Shown: positions 1 to 9,161, numbered from the stretch's first letter. The stretch is DNA of 64,000 nt from Candidatus Limnocylindria bacterium (GCA_035489815.1 DATHJH010000005.1:20406-84405); one strand, 5' to 3'. The notes: generated by a model not told the origin, from the sequence alone. Program-made: numbers and translations.

Positions 1-1
1 G

Positions 2-985
2 ACTAATAACCCCGTTACCCCCATCACGCTTCCCGCAAACCTTGTCAACACAACCGCCGGCTCTGATGCCTGGGAACTGGTGGAATGGTCCACAGATAAT
101 CGCCATGTTCTCATCAGGCACACCTTCAAGGGTGGTTCAGAGTTTGTCATGTTGGACCGTGAGCGTCCTGCCGAAAGCCTCAACCTGAATAAACACTTTA
201 CTATGACCTTGTATAAGGCAGCATTGCGGGACAAAAAGTTCGACAAACTGCACCTCCTGGATAAAAATGGCGGCACTTTACGCTTTGGTGACAGCAAATC
301 AAAGCAACTATCCGTGGTAGCTTCCAAGGTATCCGCCTTTAAGTCCTATGGCGATGAAGTTGTGTTCTACGTGGGTAGCGAAGGAGCAAAAAAGGGCACC
401 GTGCACGTCAATATACGCAAAGGCAGGGACACCTTTAAAGTGCGTGACCTCCCGGCGGGCAAGCAGTACTCCCTGGATATTACCCGGTACGATGATGAAT
501 GGTTTATGGCCGTAGGCACGGATACAGACAAAAGAGCCTACGTCTATCATGAAGTTTTTGGTGATCTGGAACAGGACAACCCCAAGGTGCCCGCACCGAT
601 TGCGGTGTTTAGAATGCAGCAGCCCCTGGACGCCATATCCGTGTCCGCCAATACACGCTTTATAAGTATCCAGAGCGGTAGCGAGTTTGGCGTGTATGAC
701 GCCGAACACGACCGCCGCTACCAATATGACACAAAGCTCAAGCTGGCTGCCAGCCAAAAGGCTGAATGGATGGACGGTCATCGCCTGGCCGTCGTTACCA
801 AGGGTACGGTGAACGTCTGGGACTACGACGGAATCAACATACAGAGTCTGGTCGCCGCTCACCCCGCCTTTGTTCCATTCTTTGACCGCGATTACGACAA
901 CCTCTATACCTTGTCTCCCTCCGCAAACGCCAAAGGCAAGACGAGCCTGCTTAAAACACCTATGCGTATCCCGTCCGACCTGTAG
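2..985 (+). CDS. hypothetical protein, C-terminal part (frame open to left window edge)
   Basis: Frame of listed ORF 80..985 has no stop back to nt 2. Strand-rich sequence (YVYHEVFG, VNVWDYDG) hints at a beta-propeller-like fold, but I recognise no motif. Confidence 0.5.
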   Translation, partial: TNNPVTPITLPANLVNTTAGSDAWELVEWSTDNRHVLIRHTFKGGSEFVMLDRERPAESLNLNKHFTMTLYKAALRDKKFDKLHLLDKNGGTLRFGDSKSKQLSVVASKVSAFKSYGDEVVFYVGSEGAKKGTVHVNIRKGRDTFKVRDLPAGKQYSLDITRYDDEWFMAVGTDTDKRAYVYHEVFGDLEQDNPKVPAPIAVFRMQQPLDAISVSANTRFISIQSGSEFGVYDAEHDRRYQYDTKLKLAASQKAEWMDGHRLAVVTKGTVNVWDYDGINIQSLVAAHPAFVPFFDRDYDNLYTLSPSANAKGKTSLLKTPMRIPSDL

Positions 986-1019
986 AATTTCGACCTCTGT
1001 TGTGGGATAATGCCATACT

Positions 1020-2465
1020 ATGACAAAGGTCCGAACACGTTTTGCGCCAAGCCCCACTGGTTTTTTGCATGTCGGCGGTATTCGTACCGCATTGTTTGCC
1101 TGGCTGGTCGCCAAGCAAGCCAATGGCCATTTTATCTTGCGCCTGGAAGACACCGACCAAAAAAGGGAAGTAGAAGGTTCTGCAGAGCATCTGATAAAAA
1201 GCCTCAAAGCGCTCGGACTCGAATACGACGAAGGCCCGGACAAACCCGGTCCAAACGCACCGTACCGCCAAAGCGAACGCCTGGACAGCTATAAAAAATG
1301 GGGTCAAAAACTCATAGATGCCGGTAGAGCATATGCCGACCCGTACACCGCAGAAGAAGTCCAGGGTTTTCGCGAACAAGCCAAACAGAATAAAAAACCA
1401 TTTCTGTATCGCAACCACCGTCCTTCGCAAACGCTTCGGACGGCAGGCCCAGATGACTGGTATGGCAAAGTACCTCTTAGATTCAAGTCTGATCCAAAAG
1501 ACTACACCTGGCAGGACGCCGTTATGGGAGACCTGCATACCGGGCCGGAAGTTATTGATGACCTCATCCTCATCAAGTCCGATGGCTTTCCTACCTATAA
1601 CTTTGCCCATATTGTGGATGATGCAGAAATGGACATTAGCCACGTTATCCGCGGCCAGGAATTTATTGCAAGTACGCCAAACTATCTCAACTTGTATGAG
1701 GCACTAGGCCTTGAGCCGCCAGTCCTGGCCACCCTGCCGCATATCCTAAACGAACAAGGCAACAAGAAGCTATCCAAGCGTGATGGCGCCAAAGACATTC
1801 TGGACTATGTGCGGGAAGGCTACCTGCCGGAGGCCCTGCGGAGCTTCATCGCCACCCTTGGGTGGAATGACGGTACTGAACAAGAGGTCTTTACTACAGA
1901 TGAGCTCATTCAAAAATTCAGCCTGGACAAAGTTGGGAAGAGCGGCGCCCATTTTGACGAACGGCGGCTAAACTGGGTCAATGGCCACTTCATTCGCAGT
2001 ATGCCCCTGGAAGACCTGTATCAAAAGGTTGCGGACTACTGGCCGCCAGAGGCAGAGAAGTACGATGATGCCTACAAAAAACAGGTGCTGGGGCTTGTCC
2101 AGGAACGGCTGAAGTACTTTGCCGAACTGCCGGAACTGACCATTTTCTTTTTCAAAGACCTGCCGGTAAACCCGGAACTTATTTCCAATCATAAACAACT
2201 GAAAAAACTGGCGCCGGAAGCTAGCAAAGCATTGCTGGAAACAGCGCGGCCAGAACTAGAGCAAAGCAACTTCACCCCAGAAGACCTTACGAACCGTCTA
2301 AATGCGCTGCTGACAATCACTCATACCAAACCAGCTGTTCTGTTCAGCCTTATACGCATTGCGACCACCCAAGCTCAAGCCAGTCCTGGCCTGGCAGATA
2401 CGCTGGCTGTGTTGGGCAAAGAGGTCGCTCTCAAACGACTCAACCAACAAATTTCTATCCTTTAG
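1020..2465 (+). CDS. gltX: glutamate--tRNA ligase
   Basis: 481 aa. N-terminal class-I signature FAPSPTGFLHVGG and a KLSKRDG (KMSKS-type) motif. Confidence 0.95.
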   Translation: MTKVRTRFAPSPTGFLHVGGIRTALFAWLVAKQANGHFILRLEDTDQKREVEGSAEHLIKSLKALGLEYDEGPDKPGPNAPYRQSERLDSYKKWGQKLIDAGRAYADPYTAEEVQGFREQAKQNKKPFLYRNHRPSQTLRTAGPDDWYGKVPLRFKSDPKDYTWQDAVMGDLHTGPEVIDDLILIKSDGFPTYNFAHIVDDAEMDISHVIRGQEFIASTPNYLNLYEALGLEPPVLATLPHILNEQGNKKLSKRDGAKDILDYVREGYLPEALRSFIATLGWNDGTEQEVFTTDELIQKFSLDKVGKSGAHFDERRLNWVNGHFIRSMPLEDLYQKVADYWPPEAEKYDDAYKKQVLGLVQERLKYFAELPELTIFFFKDLPVNPELISNHKQLKKLAPEASKALLETARPELEQSNFTPEDLTNRLNALLTITHTKPAVLFSLIRIATTQAQASPGLADTLAVLGKEVALKRLNQQISIL

Positions 2466-2759
2466 CTAGCTCGGACAATCAACAATATCGCTAAACTCAG
2501 AAAGATTCAGGCGCTTTCCAACTGAGACCTCATTGGGGTTTGCCACCTGCGGCTTGAGGCCTTCGTACACTATCATAAGCTCCGGAGTAGTGTCAGTGCA
2601 CTTGTCAGCAATGCCCCACAAATTATCTCCAGGTTGAGATTCATAGATGAGGGCTGGGTCGGTTTCGCCACTTTCACTTTGTACACCGCCGCCGCTACCT
2701 GCAAATGCCATGGCCGCCCCAATTCCTAAACCAACTGCTAGTGCACGTCCATATGTCAT
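2466..2759 (-). CDS. small membrane-anchored/secreted LysM-like protein
   Basis: 97 aa. Gly/Ala-rich hydrophobic N-terminus, then GDNLWGIADK...VGKRLNL resembling a LysM repeat. Convergent with gltX, and the stops abut. Confidence 0.5.
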   Translation of the reverse strand: MTYGRALAVGLGIGAAMAFAGSGGGVQSESGETDPALIYESQPGDNLWGIADKCTDTTPELMIVYEGLKPQVANPNEVSVGKRLNLSEFSDIVDCPS

Positions 2760-2800
2760 AAGCTACTTATACCACTTCCAGGTAAAAAATACCCGTCACG

Positions 2801-3403
2801 TTAGAGAATTTTATCCGGGGATTCACGATATTCGTTCGGCACACCTTCGTCTGTGCCTATATACCATGCATATGGCGGCAAACCAGAAATTTTAAGCGTC
2901 GGGTCATGCCTTCGATAAGTGCGCTGGCCCTTCCAGACATGAGCATAAGGAGCAATCTTTTCTTCGCCGCTTCCTGGTCGAGGGTTTCTAAGGGCTTTTA
3001 GAAATCTGGAAGCGCTCGGTGACGCACTCTCCCGCTTTACGCCGCCCAAAACAAACAGCTCCGCAACGCGGACGCCACTGACCGCTACACCATTTTCCAC
3101 CAGGTTACCAGCTACAAACCGACGAGCCTCTGACATATCCTCAATACCTTTCACAGAATCGCCTACTTGTATCTGTTCAAAGGTGCCGAAACGTAGCAGC
3201 AGATCCCCCAGCTTTGCCGCTGACAAGCCCTCACGCAGCCTTGAAAGAGCATCCGCTACGGCATCTGCCGCAGAGAGTATGTTTGCCCGCTCCTCAACTG
3301 TAGGGATGGATACATCCCCTTCCAGGCCGTTGGCCAGCTTATGCAAGCCCCCGGCCCATCTGTTCAAGTTCTGTTCCGCAGCTATAAATGAGCTTTCTTC
3401 CAT
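2801..3403 (-). CDS. hypothetical protein
   Basis: 200-aa ORF with no overlapping better ORF. No motif recognised. Confidence 0.45.
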   Translation of the reverse strand: MEESSFIAAEQNLNRWAGGLHKLANGLEGDVSIPTVEERANILSAADAVADALSRLREGLSAAKLGDLLLRFGTFEQIQVGDSVKGIEDMSEARRFVAGNLVENGVAVSGVRVAELFVLGGVKRESASPSASRFLKALRNPRPGSGEEKIAPYAHVWKGQRTYRRHDPTLKISGLPPYAWYIGTDEGVPNEYRESPDKIL

Positions 3404-3458
3404 ACATGTACTAAAAACCTTTTTTGGTATACTTGCAAGCCTCGCCTCCTACTTGACG

Positions 3459-3554
3459 CTCAAAACTTCCCCTCTGCCAGCACCCCAATCAAGTTGAGGG
3501 CAGGCTATCCAGCTTGACTGGGGGGAATGACGGTGGAGGGGTTGGGGTTTTGAG
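3459..3554. repeat. nested palindromic intergenic repeat, copy 1
   Basis: Left arm ctcaaaacttcccctc...ccccaatcaag pairs with right arm cttgactgggg..ggaatgacggtggaggggttggggttttgag. The same arms recur at 6473, 23254 and 43588. Confidence 0.8.
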
Positions 3555-3606
3555 AATCAGGTTCGTCTCACGATCTCACTAGAGCAGTGGTACAATAGCA
3601 GGAGTT

Positions 3607-4866
3607 ATGAAAGATGATTTCACGCCTGCTCGCAGGGCAGGGCAATCTTTTTTGCCAGTCCAAAGCGAGCCAGAAACCAAAACCCTCCCAAATATAAACG
3701 ACGATCCGGCGGCGGCTACTCAAGTCCATCAGGCCCCGGGCAGTGAACTGCCGCCGCCCCGACCGCACCTGCCGGCAGAAAAGCCCCGGCCCAAAGGACG
3801 GGGCCCCAAAGCCTGGTGGCGCAAATTCCGGGGCCTGAGCCGAAATAAAAAGATTATAGTACTTAGTGCGCTGGCAGGAATACTCATCGCTATCGGCGGC
3901 CTGGTATGGTATTTCGTCCTGCGCTCAGAACCGGCACCCCCGCCTCCGCCGCCAATCGTAAAAAAGGAAGAACCCAAACCCACTACCGTACCTTCACCCC
4001 TGACAGGAGTACAAGTCAAGCCGGAACTCGCGGCACTACCCACCACAGGGGTTATGCTAGAAAACAGCCCCGATGCCCGGCCGCAGTCCGGTCTGTATAA
4101 CGCCGGGGTAGTCTTTGAGGCTATTGCCGAGGGCGGCATAACCCGGTTTTTGGTTCTCTACCAGGAGGCCAAGCCAGAATATATTGGTCCCGTGCGCTCC
4201 GTACGACCCTACTACCTCGACTTCCTGGCGCCATTTGACGCACCCATTGCCCACGCCGGCGGCAGCGGGCAGGCACTGTCTGAACTACGGTCCCAGGGCC
4301 TCAAAGACCTGGAAGCCTTCCAAAGTCCCAACTATTATCAGCGCATCAGCAACCGGTACGCCCCGCACAATCTGTATACTGGCCGCTCCAAGTTGCTGGA
4401 ACTGCAAAAGGCCAAGGGCTGGACTAAAAGCACTTTCACCGGCTTTGCCAGAAAAGAGGAAAAGAAAGTCACCAGGACAAAGATCGGCAAAATCGACTTT
4501 TCCATATCCGGATTCTTATACAACGCACATTTTGACTATGACCTGAAAACCAACAGTTACAAACGCAGCTTGGCCGGCAAACCCCATACAGACGAAAAGG
4601 CCCGCCGGCAGATCAACCCCAAAACCGTCGTGGGGCTGGTCATGTCCCACCGTTACGCGGGCGTGTATTCAGTATATGGTGCCAGAGGCAAGGGAAGCGC
4701 TTTCTTTTTCCAGGACGGCACACTCGCTAAAGGCACCTGGGAGAAAAAGAATCGCACCAGCCAGTTTAAGTTCCTGGACAGCAAGGGCGAAACAGTGAAG
4801 CTTAACCCCGGCCAGACGTGGGTTACCATCGTCGGCAGCGCGGGCGCCGTGTCATACAAACCCTAA
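3607..4866 (+). CDS. DUF3048-family (YerB-like) secreted/membrane-anchored protein
   Basis: 419 aa. TM segment, proline-rich linker, then ARPQSGL...EGGITRF...GPVRSVRPYY...HAGGS, which I recognise as the DUF3048 core. Confidence 0.75.
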   Translation: MKDDFTPARRAGQSFLPVQSEPETKTLPNINDDPAAATQVHQAPGSELPPPRPHLPAEKPRPKGRGPKAWWRKFRGLSRNKKIIVLSALAGILIAIGGLVWYFVLRSEPAPPPPPPIVKKEEPKPTTVPSPLTGVQVKPELAALPTTGVMLENSPDARPQSGLYNAGVVFEAIAEGGITRFLVLYQEAKPEYIGPVRSVRPYYLDFLAPFDAPIAHAGGSGQALSELRSQGLKDLEAFQSPNYYQRISNRYAPHNLYTGRSKLLELQKAKGWTKSTFTGFARKEEKKVTRTKIGKIDFSISGFLYNAHFDYDLKTNSYKRSLAGKPHTDEKARRQINPKTVVGLVMSHRYAGVYSVYGARGKGSAFFFQDGTLAKGTWEKKNRTSQFKFLDSKGETVKLNPGQTWVTIVGSAGAVSYKP

Positions 4867-4888
4867 AACTGATTAGAAAGGACGGAGG

Positions 4889-6421
4889 GTGGACGACTTT
4901 CAGAGACTCAGGCGCAAGGCTTACATCTACCTGATGTGTGTGCACGGGATTTTGATCCTGTTCGCACTTGGCTTCTTTCTGATTGCGACCGAAATGGGCT
5001 ATGACTTTCTGCCAGTAGCGTTTACCGACGGCCTCCTAACCCTAGTACTCGCTCACTTTGCAGCCAAAATATCCAGCCAGTTTGTTATGCAGCCTTTTCA
5101 CTTGCTGTGGCAGGCTATTTTGCACGTTGCGCCGGACAGCAATGCCGTGCCGCCGCCGAATATGCAAAAGTTGCTCTTTGGCCGGGAACTGGTAACCTCG
5201 TTAGCTAATCGGGTATACCAGTTTGCCAGCCAGCAGGACGGTACAGAACTGGCCAACCACCGCAAAGCCATTTCTCAGGCCGCGAACATTGTCAGCCACT
5301 TCCCGCTGCCGCTGTTTGTCTTTAACAAAGAGCAGGTAGTGACCAATGCCAGCAACTCGGCACTGGAATACTTGAATATTAAGAGCCCCCAGCTTTTTGG
5401 CCAGAAAATTTTTGATAGTGTTAACCTGGAATTCCAGGGCGAACACACCTTGGAGGCCTGGATAAAAGATTGTCAGGAAAACAAAGCCACAGACTACGGC
5501 GAATGGCACCGGGTGCATGTCGTACTGCGGGATGGCAAAACCGTCAAACAGTGCGACATCGCCGCCTACTACAATCGGGACAATGAAAGCGGGACAGAGT
5601 TTATCGTCACCTTTTTTGATCACACCGACGTATACAGCCAGGACGAACAAAGCCTCAGCTTTGTGGCTTTGGCGGTACACGAGCTGCGCACGCCCCTGAC
5701 CATGCTCCGGGGCTACATAGAGGTCTTTGAGGAAGAGCTGGAAGGCAAGCTGGACAAAGAGCTCGCCGACTACATGCATAAACTGCGCATCTCAACCGAC
5801 CAACTCACTGCCTTTGTATCCAACATCCTGAACGTCGTGCGGATAGAAGAAAACCAGTTGTCACTGACACTCGTTGAAAGCAAATGGGATCAACTGCTCA
5901 AGCAAGCTGCTGCCGGGCAACTCCTTCGTGCCCAAGTACTGGGCAAATCTATTACCTTTGTCGTAGAGGGCAAGCTGCCGACGGTGGCAGTCGATCCCGT
6001 TAGTATATCCGAGGTCGTCAACAACCTACTGGACAACGCCCTCAAATACAGTCCTACTAGTAAAGAGGTTATTGTCAAAGCCAGCATAAACCAGGAGGGC
6101 ATGATAGAAACCACCGTCCAGGACTTTGGAGTAGGCATCCCGGATAGTGTTATCCAAAACTTGTTTGAAAAGTTTTACCGTAACCACCGCACCCGTTCGC
6201 AAATTGGCGGCACGGGCCTGGGACTTTACCTAAGCAAGGCCATTGTCAACGCCCATGGCGGCAACATCTGGGTGCGGTCCAAGGTAGGGAAGGGCAGCAG
6301 CTTTAGCTTTACACTCCAGCCTTATGCTCAACTGGCTGACGAGCTTAAAAACAGCGACACCAGCGGCATTACCCGCCACGCCCATGGGTGGATTAAAAAC
6401 CACTCTATGTACAGAAGATAG
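4889..6421 (+). CDS. sensor histidine kinase
   Basis: 510 aa. N-terminal TM helices, H-box LAVHELRTPLTML, and HATPase G-boxes DFGVGIP and GGTGLGLYLSKAIV. GTG start in the track. Confidence 0.9.
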   Translation: MDDFQRLRRKAYIYLMCVHGILILFALGFFLIATEMGYDFLPVAFTDGLLTLVLAHFAAKISSQFVMQPFHLLWQAILHVAPDSNAVPPPNMQKLLFGRELVTSLANRVYQFASQQDGTELANHRKAISQAANIVSHFPLPLFVFNKEQVVTNASNSALEYLNIKSPQLFGQKIFDSVNLEFQGEHTLEAWIKDCQENKATDYGEWHRVHVVLRDGKTVKQCDIAAYYNRDNESGTEFIVTFFDHTDVYSQDEQSLSFVALAVHELRTPLTMLRGYIEVFEEELEGKLDKELADYMHKLRISTDQLTAFVSNILNVVRIEENQLSLTLVESKWDQLLKQAAAGQLLRAQVLGKSITFVVEGKLPTVAVDPVSISEVVNNLLDNALKYSPTSKEVIVKASINQEGMIETTVQDFGVGIPDSVIQNLFEKFYRNHRTRSQIGGTGLGLYLSKAIVNAHGGNIWVRSKVGKGSSFSFTLQPYAQLADELKNSDTSGITRHAHGWIKNHSMYRR

Positions 6422-6472
6422 CCATAGCCACGCACCACAAAAGCTCTATACGCAAGCATAGCTTGCCTGAGT

Positions 6473-6540
6473 CTCAAAACCCCCAATCCTGTCATACCGG
6501 ATCAAGCTGGGGATAACAGAGGAGGGGTTGGGGTTCTGAG
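6473..6540. repeat. nested palindromic intergenic repeat, copy 2 (short)
   Basis: ctcaaaacccccaatcctgtcatacc...ggataacagaggaggggttggggttctgag. Lies about 25 nt upstream of the receiver gene. Confidence 0.8.
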
Positions 6541-6565
6541 GGATCATGGTAGTATTTAAGTAACC

Positions 6566-6964
6566 ATGGACGAACCAACCACACCCACCGCCACTACAGC
6601 CAAAAAAGTCCTCTGTATAGAGGACGAGCATTTCATAAACGAACTCTACGCCCGGGCCCTTACCAAAGCCGGCTACCAAGTAAAGGTAGTCATAGATGGC
6701 GAAGAGGGCCTGCGCGAGGCACTGACCAACGCCTATGACATCATCTTGCTCGACATTATGCTGCCCAATCTCATAGGTACAGAGGTACTCAAGCGGCTAC
6801 GGGCCCAGCTCCCGGATCTCAGAGCCAAAATCATCATCACCACCAACCTGGAGTTAGGGGAAGAAGACCGGGCCGCCATAGAAGCCCAAGCCGATGGCTA
6901 TATAGTAAAAGCCGACCTCACCCCCCGCCAAATGGCCGAATTCCTCCAGCAGCTTGAGGTCTAA
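6566..6964 (+). CDS. single-domain response regulator (receiver only)
   Basis: 132 aa. CheY-like pattern (VLCIEDE, ILLDIMLP, TTN, K near the C-terminus). Its stop codon TAA lies inside the left inverted repeat of the IS. Confidence 0.9.
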   Translation: MDEPTTPTATTAKKVLCIEDEHFINELYARALTKAGYQVKVVIDGEEGLREALTNAYDIILLDIMLPNLIGTEVLKRLRAQLPDLRAKIIITTNLELGEEDRAAIEAQADGYIVKADLTPRQMAEFLQQLEV

Positions 6965-7022
6965 GAACCCATCCAAAATCTCCCACAATAATTAATCCAA
7001 CCTGACAAGTAAGCTAGAAAAA

Positions 7023-7049
7023 CAGTATGGCGTCAGCCATACTGTTTTT
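7023..7049 (+). terminator. rho-independent terminator inside the IS left end
   Basis: cagtatggc-gtca-gccatactg followed by ttttt, with an A-run upstream so it could act in both directions. Confidence 0.6.
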
Positions 7050-7076
7050 GGTCTGGTAAAAAGGAGAAACAAACAC

Positions 7077-7368
7077 GTGAATCGTAAAACCTACCCCAGT
7101 GATGTGACTCGGAAACAATTTGACAGCATACAGCCAATCCTTGAGTCGGGCCCGCAGGAAAACTAAACCACGTGAGCTTGACCTCTACGACGTGTTCTGT
7201 GCCGTGTTGTATCTACTGAAGAGCGGCTGCCAGTGGGATATGCTGCCGAGTGACCTCCCGAAGAAAAGCTCGGTTCATGCCTACTTCACTATCTGGAAAG
7301 AGCAGCGTGTGGATGAAGGCGGAAACTCGCAGCCGAGTGTACTTGAGGAAGTCTTAAAAAAAAATTAG
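7077..7368 (+). pseudogene. IS5-family transposase N-terminal part (OrfA), internally frameshifted
   Basis: The GTG frame reads NRKTYPSDVTRKQFDSIQPILESGP, then stops at 7161-7163. The homologous continuation RRKTKPRELDLYDVFCAVLYLLKSGCQWDMLP is in the +1 frame (ORF 7120..7368). Confidence 0.65.
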
Positions 7369-7886
7369 TTGGCGAGGTTCGTATGTCCAATGGTCGGAAC
7401 AAGAGCACCACTTTTCTGATCATTGACGCCCAGTCCGTCAAGAACACCGACACTGCGAAAGAAAAAGGCTATGATGCCGGCAAGAAGGTCTCTGGCATAA
7501 AGCGGCACATTGCCGTTGACACCAATGGCTTACCTCACGCCATCCATGCGACCACAGCCAACGTCAGTGACAAGGCTGGCGCACGGGCTATGGTGGCAGC
7601 CTACCAGGAAGACTTGCAGCAAGTGGAGAAAGTACTGGTAGATGGGGGCTACCGAGGCCGACCGTTTGCTGACGCCATACAAACTGCGCTCAAGGCCGAG
7701 GTTGAGGTCGTCAAGCGCAATGAACTTCATACCTTCAAAGTGCTGCCGAAACGCTGGGTGGTGGAACGCTCACTATCCTGGCTTGAGAAGTGTCGAAGAC
7801 TCTGGAAGAACTGTGAACACTACTTAGCAACCAGCCTGCAGATGGTGGTGTTGGCCTTTGTTGCGCTTTTACTTAAAAGGTTTTAG
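7353..7886 (+). CDS. IS5-family DDE transposase catalytic part (OrfB)
   Basis: IIDAQSVKNTD...VDTNG...LVDGGYRG...VVERSLSWLEKCRRL is typical of DDE_Tnp_1. The frame opens at the A9 run (7356-7364), consistent with a -1 slip from OrfA. The listed ATG ORF is 7383..7886. Confidence 0.8.
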   Translation, partial: LKKKLVGEVRMSNGRNKSTTFLIIDAQSVKNTDTAKEKGYDAGKKVSGIKRHIAVDTNGLPHAIHATTANVSDKAGARAMVAAYQEDLQQVEKVLVDGGYRGRPFADAIQTALKAEVEVVKRNELHTFKVLPKRWVVERSLSWLEKCRRLWKNCEHYLATSLQMVVLAFVALLLKRF

Positions 7887-7955
7887 GAGATTTTGGATGG
7901 GTTCTTAGAACTATCCAAGGTCTCTCTTCCAGGGAGAGGAGGTTTGGGATGGGCT

Positions 7956-8525
7956 CTAAGGATCGGGCACTCCTTCAGTAAGCGCATCCAACACCGTAGT
8001 CGCCACTGCACCGGCCAGCCGGGCAAGTCTTTCCACGTCAGTATCAAAGCCCATGACCAACTCCTGCATTGTCCAGCTTTGAGGAGAAGAAGGGTCACTA
8101 TGGTCAAAGATATAGCCTGTTTCCATGGGACGAAAGGCACGTTCGTTAAAGGGCAACCCGGCCGAGAGCCTGTAATCATTCGAGCCAGGCGGACCAGCAA
8201 AAACTTGAACTATTACGTGGCCTCTTTGTGGCCAGATCCTTACAAACTCATCTCCTGCAGTTCTGTCCATACGCCTATTTGGCACCCGCGTTTGGTCTTC
8301 AAAGATCGCATCAATATCTCTGCCGTATACATCCGCGTGAGGCCAGATAGCCCCCACAATAGTCGGCCCTAGAGAGACCGGGAGTCCCAGCTTTTCGTAT
8401 ACCTCAAGCCCGTAGGTGCTGATGGTTTGCAGCTTTGCCTGTGCTTTACGCGCATCACCGGCCGTTACCCCTCTTGGAAATTCGCCTTTTGGTATACGAT
8501 GCCAGAAAGGGAAGTCTTCACTCAT
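7956..8525 (-). CDS. hypothetical protein
   Basis: 189-aa ORF. No motif recognised. Confidence 0.5.
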   Translation of the reverse strand: MSEDFPFWHRIPKGEFPRGVTAGDARKAQAKLQTISTYGLEVYEKLGLPVSLGPTIVGAIWPHADVYGRDIDAIFEDQTRVPNRRMDRTAGDEFVRIWPQRGHVIVQVFAGPPGSNDYRLSAGLPFNERAFRPMETGYIFDHSDPSSPQSWTMQELVMGFDTDVERLARLAGAVATTVLDALTEGVPDP

Positions 8526-8710
8526 ACTGACATTTTAGTATAAAATATCTTTAGCTGTGTGAGTATTTTTGCCCAAGAAGGCGAATCTCTACCCACAAGC
8601 TTATCTAACTACCTGGTCTTTGCTCAAGGTGAGTAATGGCTCCCAGCCAACAGCCACGCTGATTGGCTCAATCAGTTTCTGTTTTAGTCTTTTTTGAAAG
8701 GTAGTTAGAT

Positions 8711-9049
8711 ATGTATTACGAAAATCCCCAGGGCGTCTCTGTGCACGGTGGGTTTCCCAACCCAGCCACAGACGCCAGCCTCCAAGGCATTGATCTCAAC
8801 AAGTTATTAGTCCAAAACAGCGTCAGCACCTATCTGATGCGCATTGCCGGTAATGAATGGCAGGCGCTGGGCATTTTTGCTGGCGACATTATCATTGTGG
8901 ACCGAGCACTCGGGGCACACAAAACCGACCTGGTTATATGGGTCCAGGGCAGTGACCTGGCTATTTCGACCCGTCATACCGTACCCAAGGACGCACAGGT
9001 ATGGGGCGTAGTCACCAGTGTCATCCACCAGTACAGGAGGCAATCATGA
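8711..9049 (+). CDS. UmuD'-like protein (S24-peptidase fold, catalytic dyad apparently absent)
   Basis: GGFPNPATD...IDLNKLLVQN..TYLMRIAGNEW..GIFAGDIIIVD aligns by eye with E. coli UmuD CGFPSPAADY..IDLNQLLIQH..TYFVKASGDSM..GISDGDLLIVD. The Ser of GDSM is Glu here, and the Lys position reads STR. Confidence 0.7.
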   Translation: MYYENPQGVSVHGGFPNPATDASLQGIDLNKLLVQNSVSTYLMRIAGNEWQALGIFAGDIIIVDRALGAHKTDLVIWVQGSDLAISTRHTVPKDAQVWGVVTSVIHQYRRQS

Positions 9050-9068
9050 GCCGTATTGCCTCCACACC

Positions 9069-9098
9069 TGTCATTCCCGACTTGATCGGGAATCCGGT
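9069..9098. repeat. short hairpin related to the palindromic repeat core
   Basis: tgtcattcccgacttgatcgggaatccgg shares the gtcat.cc core motif. Lies between the umuD-like and umuC-like genes. Confidence 0.5.
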
Positions 9099-9161
9099 CA
9101 AAAACAAAGTCATTATAAATCCTTCGGTCAGGCCAAGCACAGCAGAAAGCGGGGGCAAGCA

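Larger units (their letters stand above)
6961..7908 (+). mobile_element. IS5-family insertion sequence (IS427/IS1031-like, about 948 bp)
   Basis: Perfect 23-bp terminal inverted repeats: ctaagaacccatccaaaatctcc (6961-6983) and ggagattttggatgggttcttag (7886-7908). They enclose a two-part DUF4096 + DDE transposase. Confidence 0.85.

Noticed and set aside
308-1643. Long antisense or overlapping ORFs inside well-supported genes (for example 308..1243-, 960..1643-, 24694..25299-, 31819..32292-, 51823..52488+).
   Set aside because: They lie opposite or out of frame to genes with clear family motifs, and their translations are low-complexity or Arg/Cys-rich. They are treated as shadow ORFs.
9018-9161. 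The N-terminal 48 codons of ORF 9018..10445 as part of the polymerase.
   Set aside because: The translation (MSSTSTGGNHEPYCLHTCHSRLDRESG...) has no UmuC similarity and covers a repeat hairpin. UmuC homology starts exactly at the Met at 9162.
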